A stretch of 64,000 bases of DNA from Armatimonadota bacterium (GTDB lineage Bacteria; Armatimonadota; Fimbriimonadia; Fimbriimonadales; Fimbriimonadaceae). Positions 9,269 through 19,465 of the stretch are shown here, piece after piece. The position numbers and the translations under genes are program-made. The stretch spans positions 1 through 64,000 of the forward strand of contig JANNQV010000045.1 of the NCBI GenBank assembly GCA_031400935.1. Direction: 5' to 3'. The first letter of the stretch is position 1; every line of letters begins with the position of its first letter. The notes under the pieces were generated by a model. That model worked only from the letters and a program-made list of their open reading frames with translations, made no database searches and was not told the DNA's origin.

Positions 9269-11251
9269 CTACAATTTCAAATTCACAGGAATCACGGCTT
9301 TGATGATGATCTTTCTTTGGAATTCTTCAGCATTTGGATCGCCGATAATCACATACCACTCCGTTCCAATGTTGCCAGAATGGCGGTAAGCTAAGTACCA
9401 ATTCGTTGATTCGTCACGGCGAACGATTCGAGCGGCAATCGAGCGATCCCGGTCTATCTCGTAACCTATACCAATGATTGCAAGAGTGTTCGTTTCGGAA
9501 CCGAGCCTCTCGGATTGCAAGCGAGGTGTAATCGTGATTCGATTGCTGAATCTGTAATTTCCACTAATGCCGTATAAGGTGTAGTCCTCGTTGTCCACTG
9601 TTCCCATTGTGGAGCTGAGGCTGAAGTATCGGTGCGGATTGTTTGCTGGGAACTGAACATCCAGCGTGTAAAGGTCTGCCAATTCGCCTTGAAAATTCGA
9701 CTTGTCCCAAGCCAGCTCGACTTCGAGCGCGCCTCGAGTCACAGCAGAAAACTGAGTGTGAATGGAGTCCAAATAGGTTCCGTCGCCATCTTCGCGGTCA
9801 GACTTTGCGCCAAACAATTCAAATGAAGCTTGAGTGAGCGGCCCAGTTCCGTAACTTTTGGAACCGAATAGAAAAGCGTTCCAACCTTTGAAGCCAGTTT
9901 GCGGCGCAAATCCGATTCGCGGTAAGAAGTTCTCGGAAATTTCCTGGTGCCCGACGGACACAAAGATGTTGGAATCCTGGTACATCAGGTCTAAGTCGCG
10001 CCGCTTTCCATATCCCTCTTCAGAATCATCAGTTTGGTTGAAGATGAAGTCTGCTCCCCAATTGCCTTGGAAGTGAATAATCTCGAGGTCTCCCGCAGTA
10101 TTCGTCAGGTTGTTGTCTTTGTCGTCCCAATGAACCAACCCTGCGTTCATGTAGCTCTTTTCGCCCCACGTTTGGCGGAATCTTCCAACAGCCGCAGAAT
10201 GATGGTCGAATTCAGTAGTGAACATTCCTCCAAATGTTTGCGAATCACTGAGTTTTCCGAACACCTTTGCGCCCAAATCAAGAGAGCCCAATCGTTGCGG
10301 AGCAAATAGCTGTGCCGACATTCCTCCCATCTGAAAATCCTGCCTTCCTTCTACAAAGAACGGCCGTCGTTCTTCTGCAAGGCGCTCGAATCGAGAAAAA
10401 GCAAGGTTCAAGACGGAACCTTCGATGTTTTGGAAGTCGGGATTGATGGTAACTAGGCTTGAAATTTGCGATGAGACGTTATAGCGAATATCTAGACCCG
10501 TGTTGATTACTTCTCGTCCAAGTTCTTGATCGTATCCGACAATCTGGTATGGAAGTGCCTGAATTGTTCTTTCACCCTTGATTTCAGGAATATCGACCCC
10601 AGTCAACGTTCCATTATTTTCCATTCTCTCTTGAGGGCCAAGTTCGCACCATGAGAGTGGAAGCTGGTTTCTAGGCACAACCCGAGCGAAATTTATCTCT
10701 ACATCCCTGATGCCTGCTGAAGGAAGTCGCAGGATTTTCCATGGGATTATCATCTCGCATTCCCATCCCTTTTCTGTAATTCTGGATTTCGCATCCCAGG
10801 CGCCTTCCCATTCTCTCTTTGCGGCGCGCCCACCAGCAAAAGTAGCTTTCATTCCGCCCCCGGCGCCAATCTCAAATTGATTGAACTCGCTTGGTTGATG
10901 ATTGTTAAATGGGTTGATGATAAAAATGGCGTGGTCGTCACCTTGCGGACGGACATTTCTGCGATATTCTGTCTTTCGAATTAGCGCGGGTTCCGGATCG
11001 GGACAATTGAACGCAAGATATATGTTTTGAGAATCGTAGCCGATTACAACTTCAGCGTCAAAAGGGGTCTTGTCGCCAGTTGAAAGGTGTACGAAGCCAG
11101 TTGCCCTTGCAGCACCGGTCCATTCTGTTGCTTCAATTGCTCCATCAATTTTAGGAGGGGAGGCCAGTTTCGTCGCCGCAAGTTTTCGATTGGGTTCGGC
11201 AAAAGCGGAGGCAAAAAGTAGAATAAAAAGTAAAAGTAATGTAAAACGCAT
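9269..11251 (-). CDS. Exported CBM9-like/DUF5916 family outer-membrane protein
   Basis: Signal peptide MRFTLLLLF; PKIDGAI..EW, YDSQNIYLAF, GWECEMIIPW, TINPDFQNIE, EERRPFFVEG; beta-strand-rich C-terminus. Confidence 0.7.
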   Translation of the reverse strand: MRFTLLLLFILLFASAFAEPNRKLAATKLASPPKIDGAIEATEWTGAARATGFVHLSTGDKTPFDAEVVIGYDSQNIYLAFNCPDPEPALIRKTEYRRNVRPQGDDHAIFIINPFNNHQPSEFNQFEIGAGGGMKATFAGGRAAKREWEGAWDAKSRITEKGWECEMIIPWKILRLPSAGIRDVEINFARVVPRNQLPLSWCELGPQERMENNGTLTGVDIPEIKGERTIQALPYQIVGYDQELGREVINTGLDIRYNVSSQISSLVTINPDFQNIEGSVLNLAFSRFERLAEERRPFFVEGRQDFQMGGMSAQLFAPQRLGSLDLGAKVFGKLSDSQTFGGMFTTEFDHHSAAVGRFRQTWGEKSYMNAGLVHWDDKDNNLTNTAGDLEIIHFQGNWGADFIFNQTDDSEEGYGKRRDLDLMYQDSNIFVSVGHQEISENFLPRIGFAPQTGFKGWNAFLFGSKSYGTGPLTQASFELFGAKSDREDGDGTYLDSIHTQFSAVTRGALEVELAWDKSNFQGELADLYTLDVQFPANNPHRYFSLSSTMGTVDNEDYTLYGISGNYRFSNRITITPRLQSERLGSETNTLAIIGIGYEIDRDRSIAARIVRRDESTNWYLAYRHSGNIGTEWYVIIGDPNAEEFQRKIIIKAVIPVNLKL

Positions 11252-11400
11252 TGGAAGCCTATTCGTTGGAGGCACCCATTTTGGTTTCAAAATAGGACAA
11301 ATTGCTTGTTTCCGATAACACAAAACACTTATTTTGAAGAAATGATGGAAATTTTGGAACTTTTTGACTATTTGGAGCATCCTTATTAATAGGCTGCAAA

Positions 11401-11531
11401 GCCACGTCGAGTCCCGATGAGAGTCGGGATCGGGGGAACCGTAACTTGGGGGTGAATAGAAGGTCGTTTGACCAACTTAGGGTAACTCTTGACCCGAACC
11501 CGACAGCTAACCCCGTAGACGGTAGCGAGAG
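11401..11531 (+). ncRNA. c-di-AMP riboswitch (ydaO/yuaA)
   Basis: Hallmark blocks in the expected order: GAGTCC..GGAT-CGGGGGAACC, TGGGGGTGAAT, AGGG..ACTCTT, CCCGAACCCGACAGCTAACCCCGTAGAC; CGTC/GACG closing stem. Confidence 0.9.
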
Positions 11532-11673
11532 TTGAGTGATTGGCTTGCTGATCACTTTTACCATCGCGCAATTGCGGCCAGGGGCGAGTCCGTGCTCCTG
11601 GAGTCTCCGCAGCGTTGCGGATAAAGAATCCGGAGCAACAGCGGCGCTCGTCTTGAGCACCTCCTGTTGAGCT

Positions 11674-11695
11674 AGCCCCCTTGAAAGAGGGGGCT
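11674..11695 (+). terminator. GC-rich hairpin, probable terminator
   Basis: AGCCCCCTT-GAAA-GAGGGGGCT; U-tract imperfect (cttgaattttt). Confidence 0.55.
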
Positions 11696-11709
11696 CTTGA
11701 ATTTTTGAT

Positions 11710-11807
11710 TTGGGTGAATTGGGTGAATTGGGTGAAGTGAGTGAATAGGACTTATATGACCTATTTGTCCAATTTGTCCTATATGGCCAATTCAATTCAC
11801 CTAATTC
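11710..11807. repeat. 9-mer tandem repeats (GGGTGAATT; ATAGGACTT/TTGTCCAAT families)
   Basis: ttgggtgaattgggtgaattgggtgaagtgagtgaataggacttatatgacc ... tttgtccaatttgtcctat ... aattcacc. Confidence 0.75.
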
Positions 11808-11851
11808 CGAACCAAATCAACGCAAAACCTAGTCCCAAGTAAACTACAGTC

Positions 11852-12457
11852 ATGAGCAGAGGTCCATTAGGAGTGCGATACGCCGAAGTCGAACGAGAGT
11901 TCGATCAAGCTCGGGTGCAAGTTGTGCTCGATATTGACGGCGGCGGAAGGCAGGATGTCTCCACAGGAATCGGATTTTTCGATCACATGCTCAAACAGTT
12001 CGGTCATTTCGGTTTTCTGAATTTAGGCATAAAGGCTGAGGGCGACTTGATTGTTGACGACCTACATACGATGTCGGCGGTGGGGAACACACTTGGGCGG
12101 GCATTGCGGGAAACTCTCAGGGACAGCGAGCCCATTGTGAGGTTCGCTGAGTCAACCATTGTCTTGGAAGACGCATTGATCTCCGTTACCGTTGACTTGC
12201 ATGGCAGAGGTTCATTTACTTCTACAATTTGCACCGGAAGGGACAAAATTGGAGAAGCAAGTTCGGACAATTTGATTGATTTCTTCTCGATGTTTTGCTC
12301 TACCGCAGGTATCACGGCACATGTACGTCAACTGTCTGGCACGAATGCTCATCATATTTTCGAGGCGCTTTTCATCGCATTTGGAACGGCGATGCACCTT
12401 GCTTCTCGCGTGGAAGACAGCCGCAATGCACCTGTTAGCAAAGGGAAAATGGTCTAA
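11852..12457 (+). CDS. hisB: HisB-like imidazoleglycerol-phosphate dehydratase homologue with degenerate active site
   Basis: TGIGFFDHML and NAHHIFEA are present, but the first DxHHxxE motif reads DDLHTMSA. Confidence 0.7.
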   Translation: MSRGPLGVRYAEVEREFDQARVQVVLDIDGGGRQDVSTGIGFFDHMLKQFGHFGFLNLGIKAEGDLIVDDLHTMSAVGNTLGRALRETLRDSEPIVRFAESTIVLEDALISVTVDLHGRGSFTSTICTGRDKIGEASSDNLIDFFSMFCSTAGITAHVRQLSGTNAHHIFEALFIAFGTAMHLASRVEDSRNAPVSKGKMV

Positions 12458-12517
12458 AATTGCAACCGTTCTATTCGAAATTGAGTATGAAGTGGTCAGC
12501 TATCTGAGGAAAATTCC

Positions 12518-12775
12518 ATGGATCCAGGAGTAATTGCAGTATTCGTACCTATAGTTGGAATGATGATTCCGATCGTCTACATTTTGGTAAAACACCAGCA
12601 AAAGATGGCTGAAATCATTCATTCCAATCGCTTGCCATCGCCCGAAGTTGAAAGTTTGAGAAGGGAAATGGCGGAAATGAAAGCACTGCTACACCAACAA
12701 GTGATAGCATTTGATTCGCAACCTGGGTCACCAAGATTGGCGCCGCCAAATCAGCCAGAACCGCCAAACACATAG
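12518..12775 (+). CDS. Small single-TM coiled-coil protein
   Basis: GAGG RBS; N-terminal TM, HQQKMAE, coiled coil; paralogue of the next gene. Confidence 0.75.
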   Translation: MDPGVIAVFVPIVGMMIPIVYILVKHQQKMAEIIHSNRLPSPEVESLRREMAEMKALLHQQVIAFDSQPGSPRLAPPNQPEPPNT

Positions 12776-12784
12776 ATCTTTGCC

Positions 12785-13096
12785 ATGAACTACTTAGGAC
12801 AATTTGGAAATCTAGGCGAAGAAACTATGATGGTTATGGTTGCGTTCCTCTTCATTTTCGGAACTCCGATGCTCGCGATGCTCTTGCACCATCAGAGGAA
12901 AATGGCTGAGACGTTGCGAGGCGATCAAAGTCAAAACGAGCAGATCGCGCAGCTTCAAAACCAGATTAATCAGCTAGCGCATCTGGTTCATCAGCAAACA
13001 ATTTCTTTGGATGATCTAAAGTCTCGCACACAAATTGTTGCCTCCCAGAGTCCACCTCAAGTGGGAGAGCGATTTGCCAACCTGAACGAGCCATAA
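12785..13096 (+). CDS. Small single-TM coiled-coil protein (paralogue of 12518-12775)
   Basis: TM then HQRKMAE ... LVHQQTISLD. Confidence 0.75.
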   Translation: MNYLGQFGNLGEETMMVMVAFLFIFGTPMLAMLLHHQRKMAETLRGDQSQNEQIAQLQNQINQLAHLVHQQTISLDDLKSRTQIVASQSPPQVGERFANLNEP

Positions 13097-13105
13097 TTCC
13101 TAAGA

Positions 13106-14098
13106 ATGGCAAAGGTTTCGATCATCGTGCCCAGCTACAACCATGCTAGGTTCATTCCAGCTTGTGTTGAGTCGGTTTTGGCCCAGACATTTGAAGATTG
13201 GGAAATGATTATTGTAGACGATGGCAGCAGCGATAACTCGGTCGAAATTTGGAAATCTTACAGTGATCCGCGAATCCAAGTTTTGAAGAATGAATCAAAT
13301 CTGGGTACTTATGGCACACAAAATCGGGCTGTTTCTTTAGCTAAGTCAGACTTGATAGCTGTCCTGAACTCTGACGACTTTTGGGAGCCTGAAAAGCTTA
13401 CGCTGCAGCTTGACCTGATTGAGAAATATCCCGATTCTCCGTTTTGTTACACTCTTGGAAAGCTCGCCGACGAGAATGGCAATTTGAGTACCGATTCGAA
13501 CTACGATGTTTGGCCAAAAACGGAGCACATTGACTTACTGCCTTACCTTTTGGAATCGAATCGAATTCATGCTTCTTCAGTAATTTGGAGAAGAAAATGG
13601 GCAGAATTCGAGCCTGATTTTAATGAAACCGGTGACTGGATTGCATCGCTTCGGGCGGCGCACTCTTCGCCAGTAATCTGTGTAACCGAATCATTGTCTC
13701 ATTGGAGAATTCATGGAGCCAACACTTCTTCGAAAATGCGAAATGTCACGAAGGCTGAGATTCAAATTCGGACTTCAATTGTTCGAAATCGAGACCGATG
13801 GTTTTTACCGCGGCTAGACCCTGCCCTGGTTCGAGATCGAGTTGGCAAATGTGCATTCCATCTATCGGCCTTGGAGATGCTTTGGGGAAATGTTATTGAA
13901 AGTCGCAAGAATGCAAAGTTGGCTTTGCGATTGATGGACGACAAAGCTCTGGCTTTCAGGCGATTAGTTCTGTGCTACTCACCTAGAGCAATCGCTCTTG
14001 GAAGATTTTTTCCAGACTTTGATTCAGAAATTGATAGCAAAGAAGTTGCAGACCTAGCGGAAATTCCATGGAATCTGACTGAACCCAACCGTGAGTGA
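13106..14098 (+). CDS. Glycosyltransferase family 2
   Basis: VSIIVPSYN, VDDGSSD, LNSDDFW. Confidence 0.9.
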   Translation: MAKVSIIVPSYNHARFIPACVESVLAQTFEDWEMIIVDDGSSDNSVEIWKSYSDPRIQVLKNESNLGTYGTQNRAVSLAKSDLIAVLNSDDFWEPEKLTLQLDLIEKYPDSPFCYTLGKLADENGNLSTDSNYDVWPKTEHIDLLPYLLESNRIHASSVIWRRKWAEFEPDFNETGDWIASLRAAHSSPVICVTESLSHWRIHGANTSSKMRNVTKAEIQIRTSIVRNRDRWFLPRLDPALVRDRVGKCAFHLSALEMLWGNVIESRKNAKLALRLMDDKALAFRRLVLCYSPRAIALGRFFPDFDSEIDSKEVADLAEIPWNLTEPNRE

Positions 14099-15210
14099 TT
14101 ATGAAGAATTCTCCATTGGTGACGATAGTGACGCCAACCTACAATCATGAGGAGTTCATTGCTGCTTGTATAGATTCAGTTCTTGCACAGACGTATTCAA
14201 ACTGGGAGCTTTGCATCGTTGATGACGGCTCTACTGATCGGACTCTTGAAATCGCGAATTCCTATTCAGACCCCAGAATCAAGGTCACGAGTCAATTCAA
14301 CAAGGGAATGACCCGCCTTGCGGAAACCTATAATTTTGCGCTGTCAATGGGTTCAGGCGAATTGGTTGCAATACTTGAAGGAGACGATTTTTGGCCGCCA
14401 AACAAACTCGAGATACAAGTTCCTGACTTTGAAGATGAATCAATAGTGTTATCATCAGGACTATGTTCTCAAGTCAATGTACAGGGTCGGCACCTAAGCG
14501 ACGTTGCACAAACATTGCCGATCGAGGCAGCCCTGAAAAACAACCCCGTGGGGATGGCTTTTTTCTATCTCTTTCATATTGATTTTGTGACGTTTACCTG
14601 GCCCTGTTCAACGGTTCTGCGACGCTCGACACTTGAAAAAATTGGCGGCTTTCAGCAGCCAGAAAATTTGAAAATTGTTGACTTACCGACAATGGCGCGA
14701 ATCTCGCTAGAAGGAGGATTCCGATTTCACGAAGATCGAGTTCTCGGTTATTGGCGTAGACATCCATCCTCAGCTACTATTTCGCAGCTACCTACGCAGC
14801 TGACCGCCGTTCATCATCATGCAGCAAAATTGCTCTCAGAATTTGGCCATCGCTTGCCATTTGAGTCAGAAATTGATGAACTTGACAATCAATGGGCGTG
14901 CTTCCAAGTGCATCGCTGCGTAGTCCTCGCGAGGCTTCTTTGGACAATTGGCCGAAAATCCGATGCAAGAAGCTCCTTGAAACACGCTCTTAAGTTTCGG
15001 GGCGGCTGGAAAAGGAAGGTCAAGATTCTTGCTGGCCTGCTATCACTATCGCTAAACTTGTCTCCGGAACCCATTTATAACTTGATGCGCCTTGCCGATT
15101 GGAAAGCAGATCTCTTTGTTTCGGGGATGGACCCACTCGTTAACGAAGCATTTTTTGAAGAACTTCCGGAGCCAATTGACCTGGTTGCCGCAGCCAAATC
15201 GTCTGCTTAA
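14095..15210 (+). CDS. Glycosyltransferase family 2
   Basis: VTIVTPTYN, VDDGSTD, LEGDDFW. Confidence 0.9.
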   Translation: MIMKNSPLVTIVTPTYNHEEFIAACIDSVLAQTYSNWELCIVDDGSTDRTLEIANSYSDPRIKVTSQFNKGMTRLAETYNFALSMGSGELVAILEGDDFWPPNKLEIQVPDFEDESIVLSSGLCSQVNVQGRHLSDVAQTLPIEAALKNNPVGMAFFYLFHIDFVTFTWPCSTVLRRSTLEKIGGFQQPENLKIVDLPTMARISLEGGFRFHEDRVLGYWRRHPSSATISQLPTQLTAVHHHAAKLLSEFGHRLPFESEIDELDNQWACFQVHRCVVLARLLWTIGRKSDARSSLKHALKFRGGWKRKVKILAGLLSLSLNLSPEPIYNLMRLADWKADLFVSGMDPLVNEAFFEELPEPIDLVAAAKSSA

Positions 15211-15241
15211 AAAAAATGAACAAAAAGGTGCTATTCCACGC

Positions 15242-15271
15242 TTGACATTTTGAACAGGGCGTTGGTACAAT
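15242..15271 (+). promoter_or_regulatory. Near-consensus sigma70 promoter for rpoBC
   Basis: TTGACA-N18-TACAAT with TGn extended -10. Confidence 0.7.
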
Positions 15272-15303
15272 GTAAGTTCGCGCAAATTACGTCGGAGGCC
15301 TGC

Positions 15304-18300
15304 TTGAGAGTAATCCAGCCGTCCTCGAAGAGAATCGGACGATTCCTCGAGGTCCCCAATCTTATTGAACTTCAGCTTAACAGTTACAAATGGTTTCTAG
15401 AAGAAGGACTGCCCGAACTATTTAATACGTTCTCACCCATTTGGGATTTTACACAAACGAACTATATTGAACTCGTCAGCTTTTCGCTTGGCGAGCCAAA
15501 GTACTCGATCAAGGAATGCCGAGATCGAGATATGACGTTTGAAGCCCCAATCAAGGCGATTGTTCGCTTTGGCGGAAAAGAACGGGAAGTCATCGAATCC
15601 GAGGTTTACCTCGGCGATCTTCCGTTAATGACAGATCGAGGCACCTTCATTATTAATGGCAGAGAGCGAGTTATCGTTTCTCAGCTAAGCCGTTCGCCCG
15701 GACTCTATTTTGAAGAAGGCGTTGATACGTCTATGACTGTTGTCGTTTCGGCAAGAATTATTCCCAATGAAGGCCCATGGCTCGAAGTGGAATCGGATTC
15801 GAACATGGTGGTTCGAACCCAAATTAGCCAAACGAAGAAACTGCCACTAACACAACTTATCAAAGCACTGGGTGCATTTGAGAAGGGTCGAAGTCGCGTT
15901 CAGATGCCGCTCAACAAAGCGATCCATCGCCGTCTAGTCGAGCCAATTGCTGACCTAGAAACGGGCGAAGTTATCTTGGAAGCAGGAACGTTCTTGACCA
16001 AGGCCATAGTTGACGGAATTGACGTGTCTTGGCATACCAAAAAGGTCACGGTAGATACTCCCGTTTCAAACAACGATGAGTTAATTCTCGTTTTTGGCCG
16101 AGAAAAAACATTGGAAAATCCGACAGCAGATGATTTGACGGGCAAGCGAGCTTTGACGGACATTAACGACAAAGAAAAGAAGCTCATTATTCGTCGGTTG
16201 GAAAAAATCGAACGCGAGACGGCCAAGTTGATCGAGTCAATGGAGCTAAAGGAACTTGTTGTTCTCGAAGTGCCAGATTTGGTGGAAGCAACGCTTGACC
16301 AAGACCCAACAACGAACTGGAAAGAAGCGATTCTTGACATCTACAAGCGGCTTCGCCCAGGTGAAGCAGCCAACGAAGATGCCGCAAGACAGCTTATTTA
16401 CGGCCTGTTCTTTGACGTAAAGCGATACGATTTGGGCAAGGTGGGTCGCCGATTCTTGAATCAGCGTGCTGGTGCCGATGTTCCACTTTCCGTTCGTAAT
16501 TTGACTGCTGAAGATTTGGTTGGTGTCATCCAGTCAATGGAGCCATACATCAAAAATGAGGCTTCCCGTGATGACATTGATGACTTGAAGAATAAGCGCG
16601 TTCGAAGCGTTGGAGAACTTCTTCAAAGCCAGCTTCGGCTTGGTTTTGTCCGAATGGAAAAAGTTGCTCGAGAGCGAATGACGTCGCAAGATCAAGAGAA
16701 TTTGCTTCCGGGCATTATTCTTTCGGTTAAGCCGATTTCTGCTTCGATCAAGAGCTTCTTCAGTAGCAACCAGCTCAGCACGTTTATGGATCAAACGAAT
16801 CCATTGAGCGAGCTGACGAACAAGCGACGACTTTCAAGCCTTGGACCAGGTGGATTGCAACGAACGAGTGCAAAGCTCGAAGTTCGCGACGTCCACCGAT
16901 CTCACTACGGTCGAATTTGTCCGATTGAGACTCCAGAAGGGCCGAACATTGGTCTTATCAGTCAGTTGACAACTCATGCCCGTGTAGATGAATTCGGTTT
17001 CATCATGACGCCGTACCGCAAGGTTACGGATTCGATTGTTACCGAAGAAATCGTCTATTTCACTGCCCAAGAAGAGCAAGCTCTTCTAGTTGCTCCTGCC
17101 GATACTGAAACCGATTCGAACGGCAAAATTGTTGCTGAGAGATTGCAGGTTCGATGTGCAGGCGGGGTCATGGGCGGTGCTAGCTATCCGACAATGCCTG
17201 CAAGCCAAGTTCAGCTAATGGACGTTGCGCCTGTGCAAATCATTTCTGTTGCGACTTCGCTCATTCCATTCTTGGAAAACGATGATGCAAACCGCGCTCT
17301 GATGGGTGCGAACATGCAACGCCAAGGCGTTCCGACCCTTGTGTCGGAAAGGCCTGTTGTCCACACTGGCTACGAACGAGTTGCTGCTGTTGACTCTGGT
17401 GCAGCTGTAGTTGCGAAGCGAAATGGCGTTGTTGAGACAGTTACGTCACAACGAATTGTTGTTCGAGTTGACGATGGCACGACTGACATTTATGACTTGT
17501 GGCACATGGTGCCTTCGAACAAATCAACTTGCTTTACTCAACGGCCAATCATTGATCATGGCCAGGTTGTCTTAGCAGGCGATCCGCTTGCCGACGGCCC
17601 ATGTGTTGACCAAGCCGAGCTTGCGCTTGGCAAAAATGTAGTTGTTGCGTTTACACCTTGGTGCGGCTACAACTACGAAGACGCAATCATCATTTCTGAG
17701 CGGATGGCGAAAGTTGACACGTTCACTTCGATTCACATCGAACGGCACGAAAGCGAAGCTGTTGATACTAAGCTTGGACCAGAAGAGATCACTCGTGACA
17801 TCCCAAATGTCGGCGAAGAAGCTCTAAAGGACCTTGACGAAAACGGAATCATCCGAATTGGTGCCGAAGTCCGACCTGAAGATATTCTGGTCGGAAAAGT
17901 TGCTCCTAAAGGTCAAGTTGAAATGACCGCTGAAGAGCGATTGATTATCGCTATCTTTGGCAAAAAGGCTGAGGAAACTCGCGACGTTTCACTTCGACTT
18001 CCGCATGGTGAAAAGGGCACCGTTGTTGATGTAAAGGTATTTAGCCGTTACAAATACAAATGCCACACTTGTGGTCGCGGATACAACGAATCGAAGAAGC
18101 GCGAACGATTGGTTTGCGATCTTTGCGATGGCTCGTTGGTTCAAATGCCTGGCGATGAATTGCCAGCTGGCACCAACATGACGGTTCAGGTTTACACCGC
18201 TCAAAAGCGCAAGCTAATGGTCGGCGACAAAATGGCGGGCCGTCACGGAAACAAGGGAGTTATCTCACGCGTTGTTCCTGAAGAAGACATGCCGTTTTTG

Positions 18301-19317
18301 CAAGACGGAACCCCAGTTGACATCATTTTGAACCCGCTTGGCGTTCCGAGCCGAATGAACATTGGCCAGATTTTGGAAACTCATCTTGGCTATGTTGGAA
18401 TGCACCTTGGCGTTCGGTATCGCTGCCCCGCTTTTGAGGGCGCAACTGAGCATGAAGTTCTGGTTGAAATGGAACGGCTTGCAGAGCACATGAGAAATCA
18501 AGTTCTAAGTGCGTACACGAACTCCGAATTGCTCTTGAACGTGAAGTTTGAGAAAGACGATACAGTTAGCACAAGACTTAGCTTGATTGAAGCTCGAATT
18601 CGAGAACTCGATCAGGCTTCAATTGAACGCATATCTAGAATCGTTGCTGCTCCCTCAACTAAAAAGCTTGATGAATTGCTTCAAGTCAATATTGATGAAT
18701 GGGAGCCCGAAGAAATCGGCGAGCCCAAGGCTGCTTTTAAGGCCAAAGAAGATGTTTACGCTGGAATCATGGTAGCCATCGAAAAGAATGCCTTTTTCAG
18801 AGCCGGAATTGATCCAGTAACTTGTAAGTCCATCATTCGAGATGGCATGACTGGCGACGATTTCCCAAATCCGATCACGGTCGGCCTCATCTATATGTTG
18901 AAGCTAGAGCACTTGGCGGATGAAAAGATTCACGCTCGTTCGATTGGCCCATACTCGCTTGTAACCCAACAGCCGTTGGGCGGTAAGGCGCAGTTCGGCG
19001 GCCAGAGATTTGGAGAAATGGAAGTTTGGGCGCTGGAAGCTTATGGCGCAGCCTACACTCTTCAAGAATTGCTTACAATCAAATCTGACGATGTAACGGG
19101 CCGAGTCAAGGCTTATGAGAGCATCGTTAAGGGTGAAACCTTGGCTGAACCGGGCATCCCAGAATCCTTCAAGATTTTGGTGAACGAGCTTAGGTCGCTC
19201 TGTCTTCGCGTTACAGTTGAAGACATCAATGCGAAAGAGCTTCCGCTTAAAGACCTGGACGAACTCGGTTCGGGCGACGACATGAGACTTGCAAGGAGTG
19301 TTGGATTCTTTAATTAG
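15304..19317 (+). CDS. rpoB: RNA polymerase beta subunit
   Basis: GGAGG then TTG at 15304; [53 protein letters not shown]. Confidence 0.98.
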   Translation: MRVIQPSSKRIGRFLEVPNLIELQLNSYKWFLEEGLPELFNTFSPIWDFTQTNYIELVSFSLGEPKYSIKECRDRDMTFEAPIKAIVRFGGKEREVIESEVYLGDLPLMTDRGTFIINGRERVIVSQLSRSPGLYFEEGVDTSMTVVVSARIIPNEGPWLEVESDSNMVVRTQISQTKKLPLTQLIKALGAFEKGRSRVQMPLNKAIHRRLVEPIADLETGEVILEAGTFLTKAIVDGIDVSWHTKKVTVDTPVSNNDELILVFGREKTLENPTADDLTGKRALTDINDKEKKLIIRRLEKIERETAKLIESMELKELVVLEVPDLVEATLDQDPTTNWKEAILDIYKRLRPGEAANEDAARQLIYGLFFDVKRYDLGKVGRRFLNQRAGADVPLSVRNLTAEDLVGVIQSMEPYIKNEASRDDIDDLKNKRVRSVGELLQSQLRLGFVRMEKVARERMTSQDQENLLPGIILSVKPISASIKSFFSSNQLSTFMDQTNPLSELTNKRRLSSLGPGGLQRTSAKLEVRDVHRSHYGRICPIETPEGPNIGLISQLTTHARVDEFGFIMTPYRKVTDSIVTEEIVYFTAQEEQALLVAPADTETDSNGKIVAERLQVRCAGGVMGGASYPTMPASQVQLMDVAPVQIISVATSLIPFLENDDANRALMGANMQRQGVPTLVSERPVVHTGYERVAAVDSGAAVVAKRNGVVETVTSQRIVVRVDDGTTDIYDLWHMVPSNKSTCFTQRPIIDHGQVVLAGDPLADGPCVDQAELALGKNVVVAFTPWCGYNYEDAIIISERMAKVDTFTSIHIERHESEAVDTKLGPEEITRDIPNVGEEALKDLDENGIIRIGAEVRPEDILVGKVAPKGQVEMTAEERLIIAIFGKKAEETRDVSLRLPHGEKGTVVDVKVFSRYKYKCHTCGRGYNESKKRERLVCDLCDGSLVQMPGDELPAGTNMTVQVYTAQKRKLMVGDKMAGRHGNKGVISRVVPEEDMPFLQDGTPVDIILNPLGVPSRMNIGQILETHLGYVGMHLGVRYRCPAFEGATEHEVLVEMERLAEHMRNQVLSAYTNSELLLNVKFEKDDTVSTRLSLIEARIRELDQASIERISRIVAAPSTKKLDELLQVNIDEWEPEEIGEPKAAFKAKEDVYAGIMVAIEKNAFFRAGIDPVTCKSIIRDGMTGDDFPNPITVGLIYMLKLEHLADEKIHARSIGPYSLVTQQPLGGKAQFGGQRFGEMEVWALEAYGAAYTLQELLTIKSDDVTGRVKAYESIVKGETLAEPGIPESFKILVNELRSLCLRVTVEDINAKELPLKDLDELGSGDDMRLARSVGFFN

Positions 19318-19328
19318 CCGCCTGCTGG

Positions 19329-19447
19329 TTTGGGAGTGCGCGGGCTTGACCGCGCCTTCGAAGCCAGCATCACACCCTAAGCACACCAGTTTAAACGATT
19401 GAAAGAGACGAAATCGAAAAGAGCGGTCAAGCCCGCGCACTCCCAAA
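19329..19447. repeat. REP/MITE-like element with 25-bp perfect inverted repeat
   Basis: TTTGGGAGTGCGCGGGCTTGACCGC ... GCGGTCAAGCCCGCGCACTCCCAAA; copies at 34446-34525 and 40105-40129. Confidence 0.85.
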
Positions 19448-19465
19448 ACAGAGCACGAGAAAAAT

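Noticed and set aside
11259..11795. 178-aa minus ORF across the riboswitch
   Set aside because: Made of translated 9-mer repeats (SPNSPNSP) and the antisense of the ydaO RNA.
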